From: Eledone cirrhosa
Taxonomy: Eukaryota
Length of the DNA: 64,000 bases
Assembly: GCA_964016885.1 (NCBI GenBank)
Contig: OZ024741.1
Span: 13,516,001-13,580,000 of the forward strand
Direction of reading: 5' to 3'
Part shown: in pieces, positions 17,902 through 33,407 of the stretch
Layout of the letters: each line of letters begins with the position of its first letter
How positions within the stretch are numbered: the first letter of the stretch is position 1
Notes under the pieces: model-generated
What the model was told of the DNA's origin: nothing
What the model saw: only the letters and a program-made list of their open reading frames with translations
Databases searched by the model: none
Position numbers and translations under genes: made by a program

Positions 17902-17933
17902 TATATATATATATATATATATTTATATATGTA

Positions 17934-17970
<37 letters not shown>
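17623..17970. repeat. (TA)n microsatellite with TT variants
   Basis: Read directly from the sequence. Confidence 0.98.
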
Positions 17971-17976
<6 letters not shown>

Positions 17977-18321
17977 GTGAGGTTTTTTTTACAAATTGAA
18001 AAATAACCGAGGTGTCCTACACGAGTGAAAGTATAAAGAAAAAGAGATGAAATCGAAAATGCAACTGGAGTGTTATTTAAAAAATATATATATATATTTA
18101 TTTGGATCCTTTACCGGTTTCGCAGTTCTTCTGCTTTTCAAAGGGTGAGTTGAGATGGAGGGTCTGTGGTTTTTCTCACATCTGTGAGAAAAACCACAGA
18201 CCCTCCATCTCAACTCACCTTTTGAAAAGCAGAAGAACTGCGAAACCGGTAAAGGAACCAAATAAATATATATATTTTTTTTTAAAATAAGACTCCAGTT
18301 GCATTTTCGATTTCATCTCTT

Positions 18322-18328
<7 letters not shown>
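17971..18328. mobile_element. Fold-back non-coding PLE-like element (second copy), near-perfect ~150-bp hairpin centred at 18181-18182
   Basis: ttttctcaca tc tgtgagaaaa centre, arms ~18032-18180 and 18183-18328, same left end as the 7782 copy. Confidence 0.8.
18218..18255 (+). ncRNA. Minimal hammerhead ribozyme, U3-A8 core variant
   Basis: CCUU UUGAAAA GCAG aagaa CUGC GAAA CCGG UA AAGG. Mirror copy at 18108-18145 (-). Confidence 0.65.
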
Positions 18329-18364
<36 letters not shown>

Positions 18365-18464
18365 TTATATATATATATTTATATATATATATTTATATAT
18401 ATATATTTATATATTTATATATATATATATTTATATATTTATATATATATATTTATATATATAT

Positions 18465-18850
18465 AAAAACAAATAACGAAACGAAATTAAATTTCGTTTC
18501 GTTTGTAACTCACTTTTGTATGACTGACGCTTAAACAATTAAGTTAAAAATGTACATCCACATATGTATACTGAAATACTAGTATGCATATGAATACACA
18601 CACGTATACATATGTAGATGTACCGAGTTTTTCACTGGTCACTTTACTGTGAGTGTCCAGCTATTATGTATGTAAACACACAGACAAACCGGTTTTTAGA
18701 GTCATACTGGTTTTTTAGGAAACACCTTTCCTCTATTCTCCAGAAAGCCAGACAAGGAATATTGAACTAGTTTCGATGTTGTTACATCTCATCAGCAATA
18801 TTTACCTATCTTCCGGCCTCTCTAGAGAATCGTAAAAGCACATATCGTTA
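18465..18850 (-). mobile_element. Probable PLE terminal-repeat fragment of another family
   Basis: Non-coding segment next to (TA)n, containing a canonical minimal HHR on the minus strand and a terminal hairpin (aacgaaacgaaatt/aatttcgtttcgtt). Boundaries approximate. Confidence 0.5.
18758..18802 (-). ncRNA. Canonical minimal hammerhead ribozyme
   Basis: Minus strand AAUAUUG CUGAUGA GAUGU aaca ACAUC GAAA CUAG UU CAAUAUU. Perfect 7-bp stem I, 5-bp stem II, palindromic ACUAGU. Confidence 0.85.
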
Positions 18851-18869
18851 TATGCTTTTTCTATGAAAA

Positions 18870-19790
18870 TTAGTACTTTTTTGCCGTGGCATCTCCACGA
18901 CCACCTTGCGGTGGGGGGTGTGGGGGCATATTGTCTATATGCTTCAGCTTATTCCCATGGGAGGTCGAGTACTCTGTATTACTGCGTGACGCCAGAAGTC
19001 ACGGTCGTGTGTCATTGCCTTTGAGAGGTGTAATTGGGTAAGGTCGGCTTTTATCACCTCATCCCATGTCATCTTGAGTCACCCCACTCCGCGGTTTCCA
19101 TCAACTTCTAGTGCTCTGCACCTTTTTATGCAGCTGTCATCCTTCATACGCATCACATGTCCATACCAGCGCAACCGCCTCTCCTGCACACAGCATTCGA
19201 TCCCTCTTATGCTCAGTCACTCTCTCAATTCATTTATGCTTTGTCGTTCACGTATATTACTGTTACACATCCATCGGAGCATGCAGGCTTCGTTTCTCTC
19301 TAATCTACGTAAGTCTTCCACCTTCAGCGCCCAGGTCTCACTACCATGCAACATCGCTGTTCGGATACACGCATCATAGAGTCTGCCTTTCATTCTGAGG
19401 AAGAAGCCTTTTGCAGCTAGCAGTGGTAGTAGTTCCCTAAACTTCTTCCATCCCGTTCTTACCCTAGTTATTGTACTTTCTGAACACCCACCTCCGCTGC
19501 TAATTCGGTCACCTATGTAGCAGAAGCTGTCTACTGTTTCTACAGAGCCCTCCCAGAGATTGGTGGTACTTGTTTCCTGTGGCTGTTTGCTGCTTGCTGT
19601 CTCAGCACAGCTGCTGCATGTGAATCCTACATTCTTAATTAAGCTTCCTGAGATCCCGCTACATCTCTTGTGTACCCATTGTTTGCATTTGGGGCAGAGA
19701 ATGGAGTTCCTACCTACACCTTTCCTACATACTGAGCAAGGCCATTTCTCTGAAGGGATCTGGGTTCTGTTTTCTCGTCTACTTACAAGG
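18870..19790 (-). mobile_element. RTE LINE subfamily B, 3' ORF fragment
   Basis: Minus strand encodes [54 protein letters not shown]. Diverged from subfamily A. Confidence 0.88.
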
Positions 19791-19886
19791 ACCTTATGCA
19801 GTTTGTTAGGTCCCCAGATCGGTTACCCGCGCCGATTCTGCTGAGGAGGTCCTCCGTGCTGTCACACACATCTGGGGACATCCTGG

Positions 19887-21755
19887 AACAATGACGTGCC
19901 GGCGTTGTATGGGCTTCGAAAAGACCATAAAACGGGCTGGGACCCTGTGCGGGACCACCAACACGGCCAGTCTGTGGGGCTAACATTGCTAGTAACTACA
20001 GACTGTCCTATTTCCTCTCCCTGATCATACGCCCCATCATTGAGATGTCCCCAGATGTGTGTGACAGCACGGAGGACCTCCTCAGCAGAATCGGCGCGTA
20101 TGGATGTTGTGTCCCTGTATCCATCTATTGACGTGGATTTTGCTGTGGAGAAATGCGTAGAAATGATCAGCGAGAGCAAGGTTGAGTTCCGTGGGATTGA
20201 TACCAGTGAGCTGGGACTTCTACTTAAGCTTACCCATAGTAATAGTTACCTAGACACTTATGACCTTAGCAACCTGTGCCCTACAAGACCAGCAAGAGGC
20301 AGACCACCTACCATTACCTCAATGGCCAAGAAAACCCACACAGATAGATGGAACGGGTGGACCAGAGCCATACGGACACCCGAAAACCACGATGAACTGA
20401 AGAAAATGATTGCACATGCGGTAGGGGCCAGCATAAAATTAACCCTTAAGGAACATATGTTCAAATTTAATGGTAAAACATATGCCCAAGAGGAAGGAGC
20501 AGCCATTGGTGTTAGCATTGCAGGCGACATAGCTAACTTATTCATGGTATGGTGGGACAGTAGACTTAAACAAAAACTTAAAGAACAATTAGAAGACAGC
20601 TTAACCCTGATAATGTACTCCCGCTACGTAGATGATATAAACATCGTAGTTAAGACACCCCCACTAAAGAACAGTCAGGAACTAGAGAAAAACACAATGG
20701 AAAGCATCCAGCAAATAGCAAACTCCATCCACCAGAGCATTAGAGTTACTATAGACTACCCAAGTAGACACCCCAACCATCGATTACCTGTACTAGACAC
20801 AGAGCTCTGGTTAGATACCATTAACAACCAAAAATAAATCCTCCATTCCCATTATGCCAAACCCATGACTTCCAAACATCTGATCCACCGAAACTCGGCC
20901 ATTTCGGACCATACCAAAATCAACATACTGATTGCGGATTTGGTACGGGTGATGAGAAATGTGTCCTGCATGTGCAACCCCGAAGAACTAGAGAGACACA
21001 TACAACACTTCATCCACCGTATGCAGTTCTCTGGCTACAATCAGAGAGATAGAATCAGAGTGTATAAAGGAGCCAGAACCAAATGGGAAAAAATGGTAAA
21101 TAATGACATAAATGGGACCTGCCCCTTGTATAGGAGCAAATTTTGGAATAGAATAGAAAGAACTAGGAACAAGGCCAATAGAATAAACTCATGGTATGAT
21201 AGCAATAAATACCAGAGTGTAATGTTCATCAATACAACCCCTAGAGGCGAACTAGCCTACACATTTAGAAGGGCCCTAAATAAACATAAACTCAATATTA
21301 AGATAGTAGAAAGACCAGCTACCTCCGTAAAAACACTTATTAGCAAGACATACCCGTTCCAAAGACCCTCATGTATAGATAAGAAATGTATAACCTGTAA
21401 AATAAGCCCCCATATTAACTGTAAAACTAGAAATGTAGTGTATAGCATAAGATGTACTGAAGGACAATGTAGAAACAAAAATATAGTGTACATAGGTGAG
21501 ACAGCTCGTAGTATAGGGGAACGAATAAATGAACACTGGCGAGACCTTCAAGATAATAAAGAATCATCTGTGCTCTACCAACATGCTAAGATAGAACACA
21601 GGGGTAGATTAGAGAACATAGAAATAAAAATAGAATCCACACACAGAAAAGATGCAATGTTTAGGCAAATTACAGAGGCAGTAAGCATAAAAGAATTACA
21701 ACCAAAATTAAATAGAAAATATGAGTGGAACAGCAACATCACAACTTACAATTAA
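19887..21755 (+). pseudogene. PLE reverse transcriptase plus GIY-YIG endonuclease (frameshifts near 19950 and 20097, TAA at 20835)
   Basis: PALYGLRKDHK, TRPVCGA, MDVVSLYPSI, QEEGAAIG..IANLFMVWWD, YSRYVDD, LPVLDTELW, FSGY, NVVYSIRC..YIGETARS. Confidence 0.92.
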
Positions 21756-21959
21756 GGACAAAATGAAAACACACACACACATAGAACAAACAACCAACCA
21801 ACAATAAATAAATAAATAAACAAATAGATAAATGAACACAAACACACACAGTCACCCGGATGTGGCGCATGCGCAAACTGAGCACACAACACACACACAG
21901 AAACAAAATGGCGTAGGACAGAAGAAAGGAAAGGCACAGAAACAAAGAAAGGAATCCCC

Positions 21960-22004
21960 AGTCACTGAAGAGGTCACAGAGTGTGTGACGAAAGGACTAT
22001 GACT
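21960..22004 (+). ncRNA. Minimal hammerhead ribozyme (PLE family B)
   Basis: AGUCA CUGAAGA g GUCAC agagugu GUGAC GAAA GGAC UA UGACU, identical in four arms in this window. Confidence 0.78.
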
Positions 22005-22218
22005 ATATATAAACAACTATCTGGTTGTGGAACCACCCAACCAACCAGAAATTTATAAGTTTGTAGATTTGTAAATTTATAAATATATAATAAATTGAAG
22101 TGAAAGCAACTGGTGCGTGTGTTTCTTACTGGCAACATGACCCTCCCAAAGTATAACAATATCGGTTTCAACACACGATTTCAGATAAAGAATCTTGCTA
22201 AACAAATTCAGAAACGAA

Positions 22219-22429
<211 letters not shown>

Positions 22430-23207
22430 GATTGTTATACTTTGGGAGGGTCATGTTGCCAATAAGAAACACACGCACCAGTTGCTTTCACTTCAATTTA
22501 TTATATATTTATAAATTTACAAATCTACAAACTTATAAATTTCTGGTTGGTTGGTTGGTTCCACAACCAGATTGTTGTTTATATATAGTCATAGTCCTTT
22601 CGTCACACACTCTGTGACCTCTTCAGTGACTGGAGATTCCTTTCTTTGTTTCTGTGCCTTTCCTTTCTTCTGTCCTACGCCATTTTGTTTCTGTGTGTGT
22701 GTTGTGCGCTCAGTTTGCGCATGCGTCACATCCGGGTGTCTGTGTGTGTTTGTGTTCATTTATCTATTTGTTTATTTATTTATTTATTTATTTACATGTT
22801 GTTGGTTGGTTGTTTGTTCTATGTGTGTGTGTGTTTTCATTTTGTCCGTAATTGTAAGTTGTGATGTTGCTGTTCCACTCATATTTTCTATTTAATTTTG
22901 GTTGTAATTCTTTTATGCTTACTGCCTCTGTAATTTTCCTAAACATTGCATCTTTTCTGTGTGTGGATTCTATTTTTATTTCTATGTTCTCTAATTTACC
23001 CTTGTGTTCTATCTTAGCATGTTGGTAGAGCACAGATGATTCTTTATATCTTTATTCAAGAAAATAAAGAATCATCTGAATTATCAAGTGAAAGCAACTG
23101 GTGCGTGTGTTTCTTACTGGCAACATGACCCTCCCAAAGTATAACAATATCGGTTTCAACACACGATTTCAGATAAAGAATCTTGCTAAACAAATTCAGA
23201 AACGAAA
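22430..23207. mobile_element. PLE family B short insertion with inverted arms (minus 22430-23046, plus ~23085-23207)
   Basis: Minus arm matches 21556-22160 and includes the HHR at 22587-22631. Plus arm matches 22097-22220. Confidence 0.88.
22587..22631 (-). ncRNA. Minimal hammerhead ribozyme (PLE family B)
   Basis: Reverse complement of the 21960-22004 motif. Confidence 0.75.
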
Positions 23208-23245
23208 TATATATATATTTATATATATATATTTATATATATATT

Positions 23246-23344
<99 letters not shown>

Positions 23345-23357
23345 TTATATATATACT

Positions 23358-23388
<31 letters not shown>

Positions 23389-23578
23389 TTATATATATAC
23401 TTATTTATATATATATTTATATATATACTTATATATATATATATTTATTTATATATATATATATTTATATATATATATATTTATATATATATTTATATAT
23501 ATATATATTTATATATATATATATTTATATATATATATATTTATATATATATATATTTATATATATATATATTTATAT

Positions 23579-23635
<57 letters not shown>

Positions 23636-23636
23636 T
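23208..23636. repeat. (TA)n microsatellite
   Basis: Read directly from the sequence. Confidence 0.98.
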
Positions 23637-25690
23637 AAACAAGAAGGAATCCTATTTGAAACGTGCACTACTTGACACCGAGATTGCACTCAAACTTTCA
23701 CATGAGAATGAGAGGGCAAAGAAAGAGAACAGGGCCATAGAAAACATTAAAACAAACCCTAAGGCCTTCTTTAAATTTGCAAAAGAAACTGCCTCAGTAC
23801 ACTGCAAGATTGGGCCACACTTCCACACGGACGGTTCATTAACCGAAAATCCCCAAGAGATATGTGAAATACTGAACGAACAGTACAAACGTGTCTTCAC
23901 ATGTCCACTGAGGCACATGCAAATAACGAAGCCAGAGGAGTTCTTTGATGCCACAACACTACATCAAGAAATGGCAACCATCAACCACATAGACATAACG
24001 GAGGAGGATGTGGTGTACGCCATTGATGAAATTAGAACAGACTCGGCTGCTGGACCTGATGGATTCCCAGCAGTTCTCTTAAAAATATGTAAGCGGGCCT
24101 TAGCAACTCCACTGAAGATACTCTTCAGAAGCTCCTTGGCTAGCAGTGTACTACCCAAGGAGCTGAAAGAAGGCACAATATGCTCTATCCATAAAGGAGG
24201 TAGTAGAGCGGAGGCCAAGAACTATAGGCCAGTCTCCCTGACGTCGCATATCAGTAAGGTCATGGAGCGAGTCGTCAGAAAGAAACTAATCACTTTCCTC
24301 GAAGAAAATGACCGCCTGACTAGCACGCAACATGGCTTCCGCCCAGGAAGAGGCTGCCTTACACAGCTGCTACATCACTACGACTGGGTACTGAGACAAC
24401 GACTAGACAGCTCACATGTAGACGTGATATATCTTGACTTTGCGAAGGCCTTTGATAAGGTCGACCACGCAATGATATGTCACAAACTACACGGACTCGG
24501 CATAACTGGAAAAGTAGGTGAGTGGCTGCATGGCTTCCTAAGGGACAGAAGCCAGGCAGTCGCAGCAAATGGGGCCCTCTCAAAGGAAACACCAATAACA
24601 AGTGGGGTGCCCCAGGGGACAGTCCTGGGACCACTACTGTTTTTGGTGGCTCTCTCAGACATGCTCTCTATAGTACATACAACAACATACCTCACTAGCT
24701 ATGCTGATGACACTAAGGTAGCACAGGCAATCAAAAACCCGGCTGACGCTGTCCTTTTACAGCAGGATCTGGATGCCATATACAAATGGGCGGAAGAAAA
24801 CAACATGCTGTTTAATGCTGGCAAATTCCAAGCCCTACAATACAAACCTCCAAACAAACCTGCAAACACAAATATAGTGGAACACAACTACACAGGACCA
24901 GGAGGGACCGATATCCCCGTGTCAAAATCGATACGAGACCTGGGCATAGACATGAGCGATGATGCATCTTTTTCTTCACACATCATGAAAGTGGCGACAA
25001 TGTGCAGACGACTCGCTGGCTGGATCTTGAGGACTTTCCGGACAAGAGATCGAGACACCATGTTGACACTGTGGAGGACTTTTGTCCTAAGCCGCCTGGA
25101 CTACTGCTCCCAGTTGTGGTCACCCCATAGTGTCAAACTAACCACGGAGCTTGAGGCAATCCAGCGAAGCTACACCAAGAGGATTGCCAAGATGAGGGAG
25201 ACAAGCTACTGGGAGAGGCTAAAGGAACTGAACCTCTACTCCTTGAAGCGAAGACGGGAGAGATACGCAGTGATCTACATGTGGAAAATCCTGGAGGGAC
25301 TAGCACCAAACTTTGGCATTGGGAGCTGGACCAACCGTCGAACAGGACGTCACTGTGTGGTGCCAAAGGTCCCGTCTTCCACATCTAGAATAAGGAGCAG
25401 GTATTGCAATAGCCTGGGATTCAAGGGCCGTCAACTCTTCAACAGGCTGCCGAGGCATTTGAGAGACTTGCATGACGTGGAGGTGGATGTCTTTAAGAAA
25501 CATCTCGACACCTTGTTATCCAGGATCCCGGATGAGCCCACAGCAAGACACGAGGGAAACCTAAGGGCAGCAGCAACAAATTCCCTCCTACACCAGTGGC
25601 CAACCTATACAGGCTGGAGATAAAATGTGTAGCAACAAGGGCGGTGCCCCAGCATGGCCTCAGCCGGATGGCTGAAACATGTAAAAGAGT
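23637..25690 (+). mobile_element. CR1/L2-group LINE, 5'-truncated, with an uninterrupted RT frame (23637-25623) and short structured 3' tail
   Basis: [77 protein letters not shown]. Confidence 0.93.
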
Positions 25691-25779
25691 ATATATATAT
25701 ATTTATATATATATATATATATATATACACATGTATATATATATTTATAGATATATATATATTCACATGTATATATATA

Positions 25780-25829
<50 letters not shown>

Positions 25830-26227
25830 TATATATATTCACATGTATATATATATATTTATAGAGATATATATATACACATATATATATATATTTATAT
25901 ATATATATATATACACATGTATATATATATTTATAGATATATATATATTCACATGTATAGATATATATATTTATATATATATATACACATGTATATGTAT
26001 ATATATTTATAGATATATATATATAGACATGTATAGATATATATATTTAGATATATATATATATACACATGTATATGTATATATATTTATAGATATATAT
26101 ATATACACATGTATAGATATATATATATTTATATATATATATATATATATTTATATGCATGTATATGTATATATACACATGTATATATATATTTATAGAT
26201 ATATATATATATACACATGTATATATA

Positions 26228-26265
<38 letters not shown>

Positions 26266-26726
26266 TATATATATTCACATGTATATATATATATTTATAG
26301 AGATATATATATACACATATATATATATATTTATATATATATATATATACACATGTATATATATATTTATAGATATATATATATACACATGTATATATAT
26401 ATTTATATATATATATATATATACACATGTACATATATATTCATAGATATATATATATACACATGTATATATATATTTATAGATATATATATATATACAC
26501 ATGTATATATATATTTATATATATATATATATATACACATGTATATATATATTTATAGATATATATATATATATACACATGTATATATATATTTATAGAT
26601 ATATATATATATACACATGTATATGTATATTTATAGATATATATATATACACATGTATATATATATTTATAGATATATATATATATACACATGTATATAT
26701 ATATTTATAGATATATATATATATAC
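25691..26726. repeat. (TA)n microsatellite with a recurring CACATG/TTTATAGA ~40-50-bp higher-order unit
   Basis: Read directly from the sequence. Confidence 0.97.
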
Positions 26727-28015
26727 ATTGTTATATTTGGGGAGGGTCATATTTGCGTAATATTGCCAGAATTAATAACAGAACACACTCACTGTTTGGT
26801 TGGTTTTCGCTTCTCGCTGTCTTTTATATATATATATCTGCGATCTAACTTACTCGGTCCTCAATGTTGCCATTGACTGACCGGCGGTCAAAAATAATAC
26901 AGATACAATATAGACAAACACATATATATATAGTTTACATAAATCTTTCGTTGCACATCTGCAACAGGAACCACCATAAAACCACCATAAAATCCCTGAT
27001 CAGCAAAACCTACCCTTTTAAGAAAACCCACTGTACCAATAGGAAATGTATCATATGTAAGGTGAACCCCCGGATAAACTGTAAAACTAGAAACGTAGTC
27101 TATAGCATAAGATGTACAGAGGGTACTTGCAGAAACACGACAACAACATACATAGGTGAGACAGCTCGTAGCATAGGTGAAAGGATAGACCAACACTGGG
27201 GGGAACTAAAAGGACGAAAAAACGGGTCAGTACTATACGAACATGCTAGACAACATCATGACGGTAACATAGACAACATAGAAATTAGAATAATATCTAA
27301 ACATAGGAATGACCCAGCAGATAGGCAAATCAGAGAGGCCAGTGAAATAGAAATTAGAAGACCAAAGCTAAACAGAAAGAATGAGTGGAACAACAACAAC
27401 ACCCAAACAAACAACACTGACCTAAGAGAAGTATAAATAAATAAGTAAATTAAATTAAATAAAATAAGATAAATAAATACATACACAAGCACATAAACAC
27501 ACACTAGTCACCCAGCAGACACAACACTATACACACTAGTCACACATCACACATAACACTATACACACACGCAAACGCATGCGCAAAGAAGACAAAATAA
27601 AATAAGATAAACAAACAAGCAAATAAATAAATAAATATATAGACAGACTGAACAAAAAAAAATGGCGTAGACATACAACACAACAGGAGGAACAATGAAT
27701 ATAACACCACTGACGATGTTGCAGATGTGCAACGAAAGATTTATGTAAACTATATATATATGTGTTTGTCTATATTGTATCTGTATTATTTTTGACCGCC
27801 GGTCAGTCAATGGCAACATTGAGGACCGAGTAAGTTAGATCGCAGATATATATATATAAAAGACAGCGAGAAGCGAAAACCAACCAAACAGTGAGTGTGT
27901 TCTGTTATTAATTCTGGCAATATTACGCAAATATGACCCTCCCCAAATATAACAATATCTGTTTCGACACACGATTTCATATAAAAAAACCTCGCAAAAC
28001 TAATTCATCGCCGCT
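26727..28015 (+). mobile_element. PLE family B2 (relative of B): GIY-YIG fragment, 3' repeat and inverted arm at 26727-26965
   Basis: CTNRKCIICK..NCKTRNVVYSIRC..YIGETARSIGERIDQH (26980-27436). 26727-26965 is the reverse complement of 27718-27957. Confidence 0.9.
27705..27748 (+). ncRNA. Hammerhead ribozyme motif (PLE family B2), weak stem I
   Basis: CA CUGACGA u GUUGCA gaug UGCAAC GAAA GAUU UA UG, at the position equivalent to the family B HHR. Confidence 0.55.
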
Positions 28016-28175
28016 ATATATATACACATGTATATATATTTATAGATATATATATATATTTATAGATATATATATATACACATGTATATATATATTTATA
28101 TATATATATATATATACACATGTATATACACATGTATATATATATTTATATATATATATATATATACACATGTAT
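28016..28175. repeat. (TA)n microsatellite with CACATG variants
   Basis: Read directly from the sequence. Confidence 0.96.
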
Positions 28176-30553
28176 AATACAATATTGCAGTGGAGAAAAC
28201 TCTACTCTTTGATCATGACATGGTTCTCTGTGATCTGAGATTCCACCGTCCAATATACAAACCCAATGTCATCTCTCCTGTCCATCCGTTTGACGCTATG
28301 GATTTCCACAATGCAAACAGGGAAGCGATCAGTCATGATCTTGCACATCTTGACTGGTCCTTCACGCACACTCACACACCCAATAACATCAAAAAGTCCT
28401 GGCAGACATTTGTGGACACTGTCACAAACATATGTGCAAAACACACCCCATTAAGAACTAGAAACAAATCTAAGAGCAGAATCCCTAGAAATAGAAAAAC
28501 GCTCATCAGGAAAATTAAGAGAACTAACAAAAAAATCAACAAGCTGAAATACTGTCAGCAGCAACACATCAACTTGACTGCCATTTCATCACTAGAGATT
28601 AAAAAACATAACCTCCAAAACAACATGATGTCTATCATCAACAATCAGAGAAGAGCTGAGAGCCATTGAGAAGATCAAACTCAATCCCAAAGTGTTCTTT
28701 TCATTTGCAAAAAAACACAAAATCACTGACTCTACTGTTGGCCCTCTAATTGATGAAAATGGCACTCTTCAAGACAATGCTAAAACCATGGGTGAGATAC
28801 TGCAGAAACAATACTGCTCTGTTTTCAGCAATCCTTATATAGCCGATCTGGGCTGTATCGGCGATGTTACTCCCCATTACACCTCATCGGACATAACGTT
28901 TGGCGCCCCTGATGTCTTAGCAGCAATAAAGGAAATCAAGCATAATTCAGCAGTAGATCCCTGCTTGTGTCTTGAAGCCGTGTCAACACCAACTTGCATC
29001 TCCTCTTGCCAATCTGTGGCGGAACTCACTGGATGCTGGATATGTGCCAGAAAACCTTCTATCCCAGTCTGTTGTCTTAGTTTTCAAAAAAGGAAACAAA
29101 TCCCTTGCCGTGAATTACCGTCCAATCTCACTCACCTCTCATATCATTAAGGTATTTGAGAGAGTGGTGAGATCGCGAATGACTCACTTCCTTGAGAGTA
29201 ACAATATGCTGAACTCCAACCAGCATGGATTCCGTAATGGAAGGGATTGCCTGACGCAGCTACTGCATCACTTTGATGACATTTTGAGAGCCTTGGGAGA
29301 GGGTTCCAACACTGATGTTATCTACCTTGATTTCAGCAAGGCCTTTGACAGGGTTGATCACAACATTCTACTGAGAAAGCTGTCCAATATTGGTGTCACT
29401 GGAAAGCTGCTGCAGTGGATCAAGAGCTTCCTGTCAAACAGAACCCAACATGTTGTAGTCGAAGGAGTCAAATCCAGCCCAGCCAAAGTCAGTAGTGGGG
29501 TCCCACCAGGCACTGTGTTGGGCCCACTTCTCTTCATCATCTATATTAATGACATCACTGACATCATCAAACACAGCAACATTATAATTTTCGCTGATGA
29601 TTCCAAGCTCCAAAAGGTCATCAATGGCGTGGATGACCGGATAAGCCTTCAGTCAGACCTACTGGCTGTTACCCAATGGGCGGAAAAGAACAACATGTTA
29701 CTGAACGAAGACAAATTCGAACTGATCCACTTTGGAAAAGAGGATGCTCTAAAACTCCCGTACTCCCTTCCCTCCGGTGAAACTCTCGTGGCATCTAACA
29801 ACATCAGAGACTTGGGAGTAATCGTGGACAGTAACATAAGCTGGGCCACGCATATAAGCAGCAAAGTTGACATGGCCCGCAGAATGTGTTCCTGGATCCT
29901 CAGTACCTTCCAGTCGAGAGATTCCCACACCATTATCCTTCTCTTCTCCACTTTTGCCAAACCACACCTTGAATACTGTTGTCCACTGTGGTCTCCCCAC
30001 ACGAAACAAAGTATCATGAAACTTGAAGCTCCCCAAAGGGCAATCACGAAATATATAGATGGCATGTCAGACCTTGAATACTGGGGTCGACTAGAAAAGC
30101 TGAAACTTTACTCACTCCAACGTCGCCGTGAACGTTATATTATCTGCATGATGTGGAAAATGTTCCATCAGCACTGCCCAAATGATGTTGGCATCACCTT
30201 CAAAATGCACCCAAGGCTTGGGCCCCGTTCTATCCGTCCCAAACAAAAATCTAAATCGCAACTCATAACAACAATACGGCACAATTATTTCACCTCATTT
30301 GGCCCTGCTCTCTTCAACATCACACTAGGACACGTCAAAACAGAAACTGATAACACGAAATTCAACAAGTCTTTGGACAAATTCCTCCAAGTAATCCCGG
30401 ACAAACCACCCACACCCGGATATGTCTCCGCAAACAGTAATTCTCTTCTCGAATGGGCCATGGGGCCCAAATCCTGAATTGAAAGACTTCGCCAGGTGGT
30501 GCTATTAAGTTAGACATGGCCTGGGCCAATACTGGCCAAAACATTTCAAAGTT
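28176..30553 (+). mobile_element. CR1/L2-group LINE, second family, 5'-truncated and frameshifted
   Basis: Endonuclease C-terminal (F/S)DH motif near 28210, [64 protein letters not shown]. Stop at 30477. Confidence 0.92.
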
Positions 30554-33402
<2,849 letters not shown>

Positions 33403-33407
33403 CTTAT

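Noticed and set aside
20835-20837. Selenocysteine readthrough in the PLE ORF
   Set aside because: The in-frame stop is TAA, not TGA, and is most simply a nonsense mutation.
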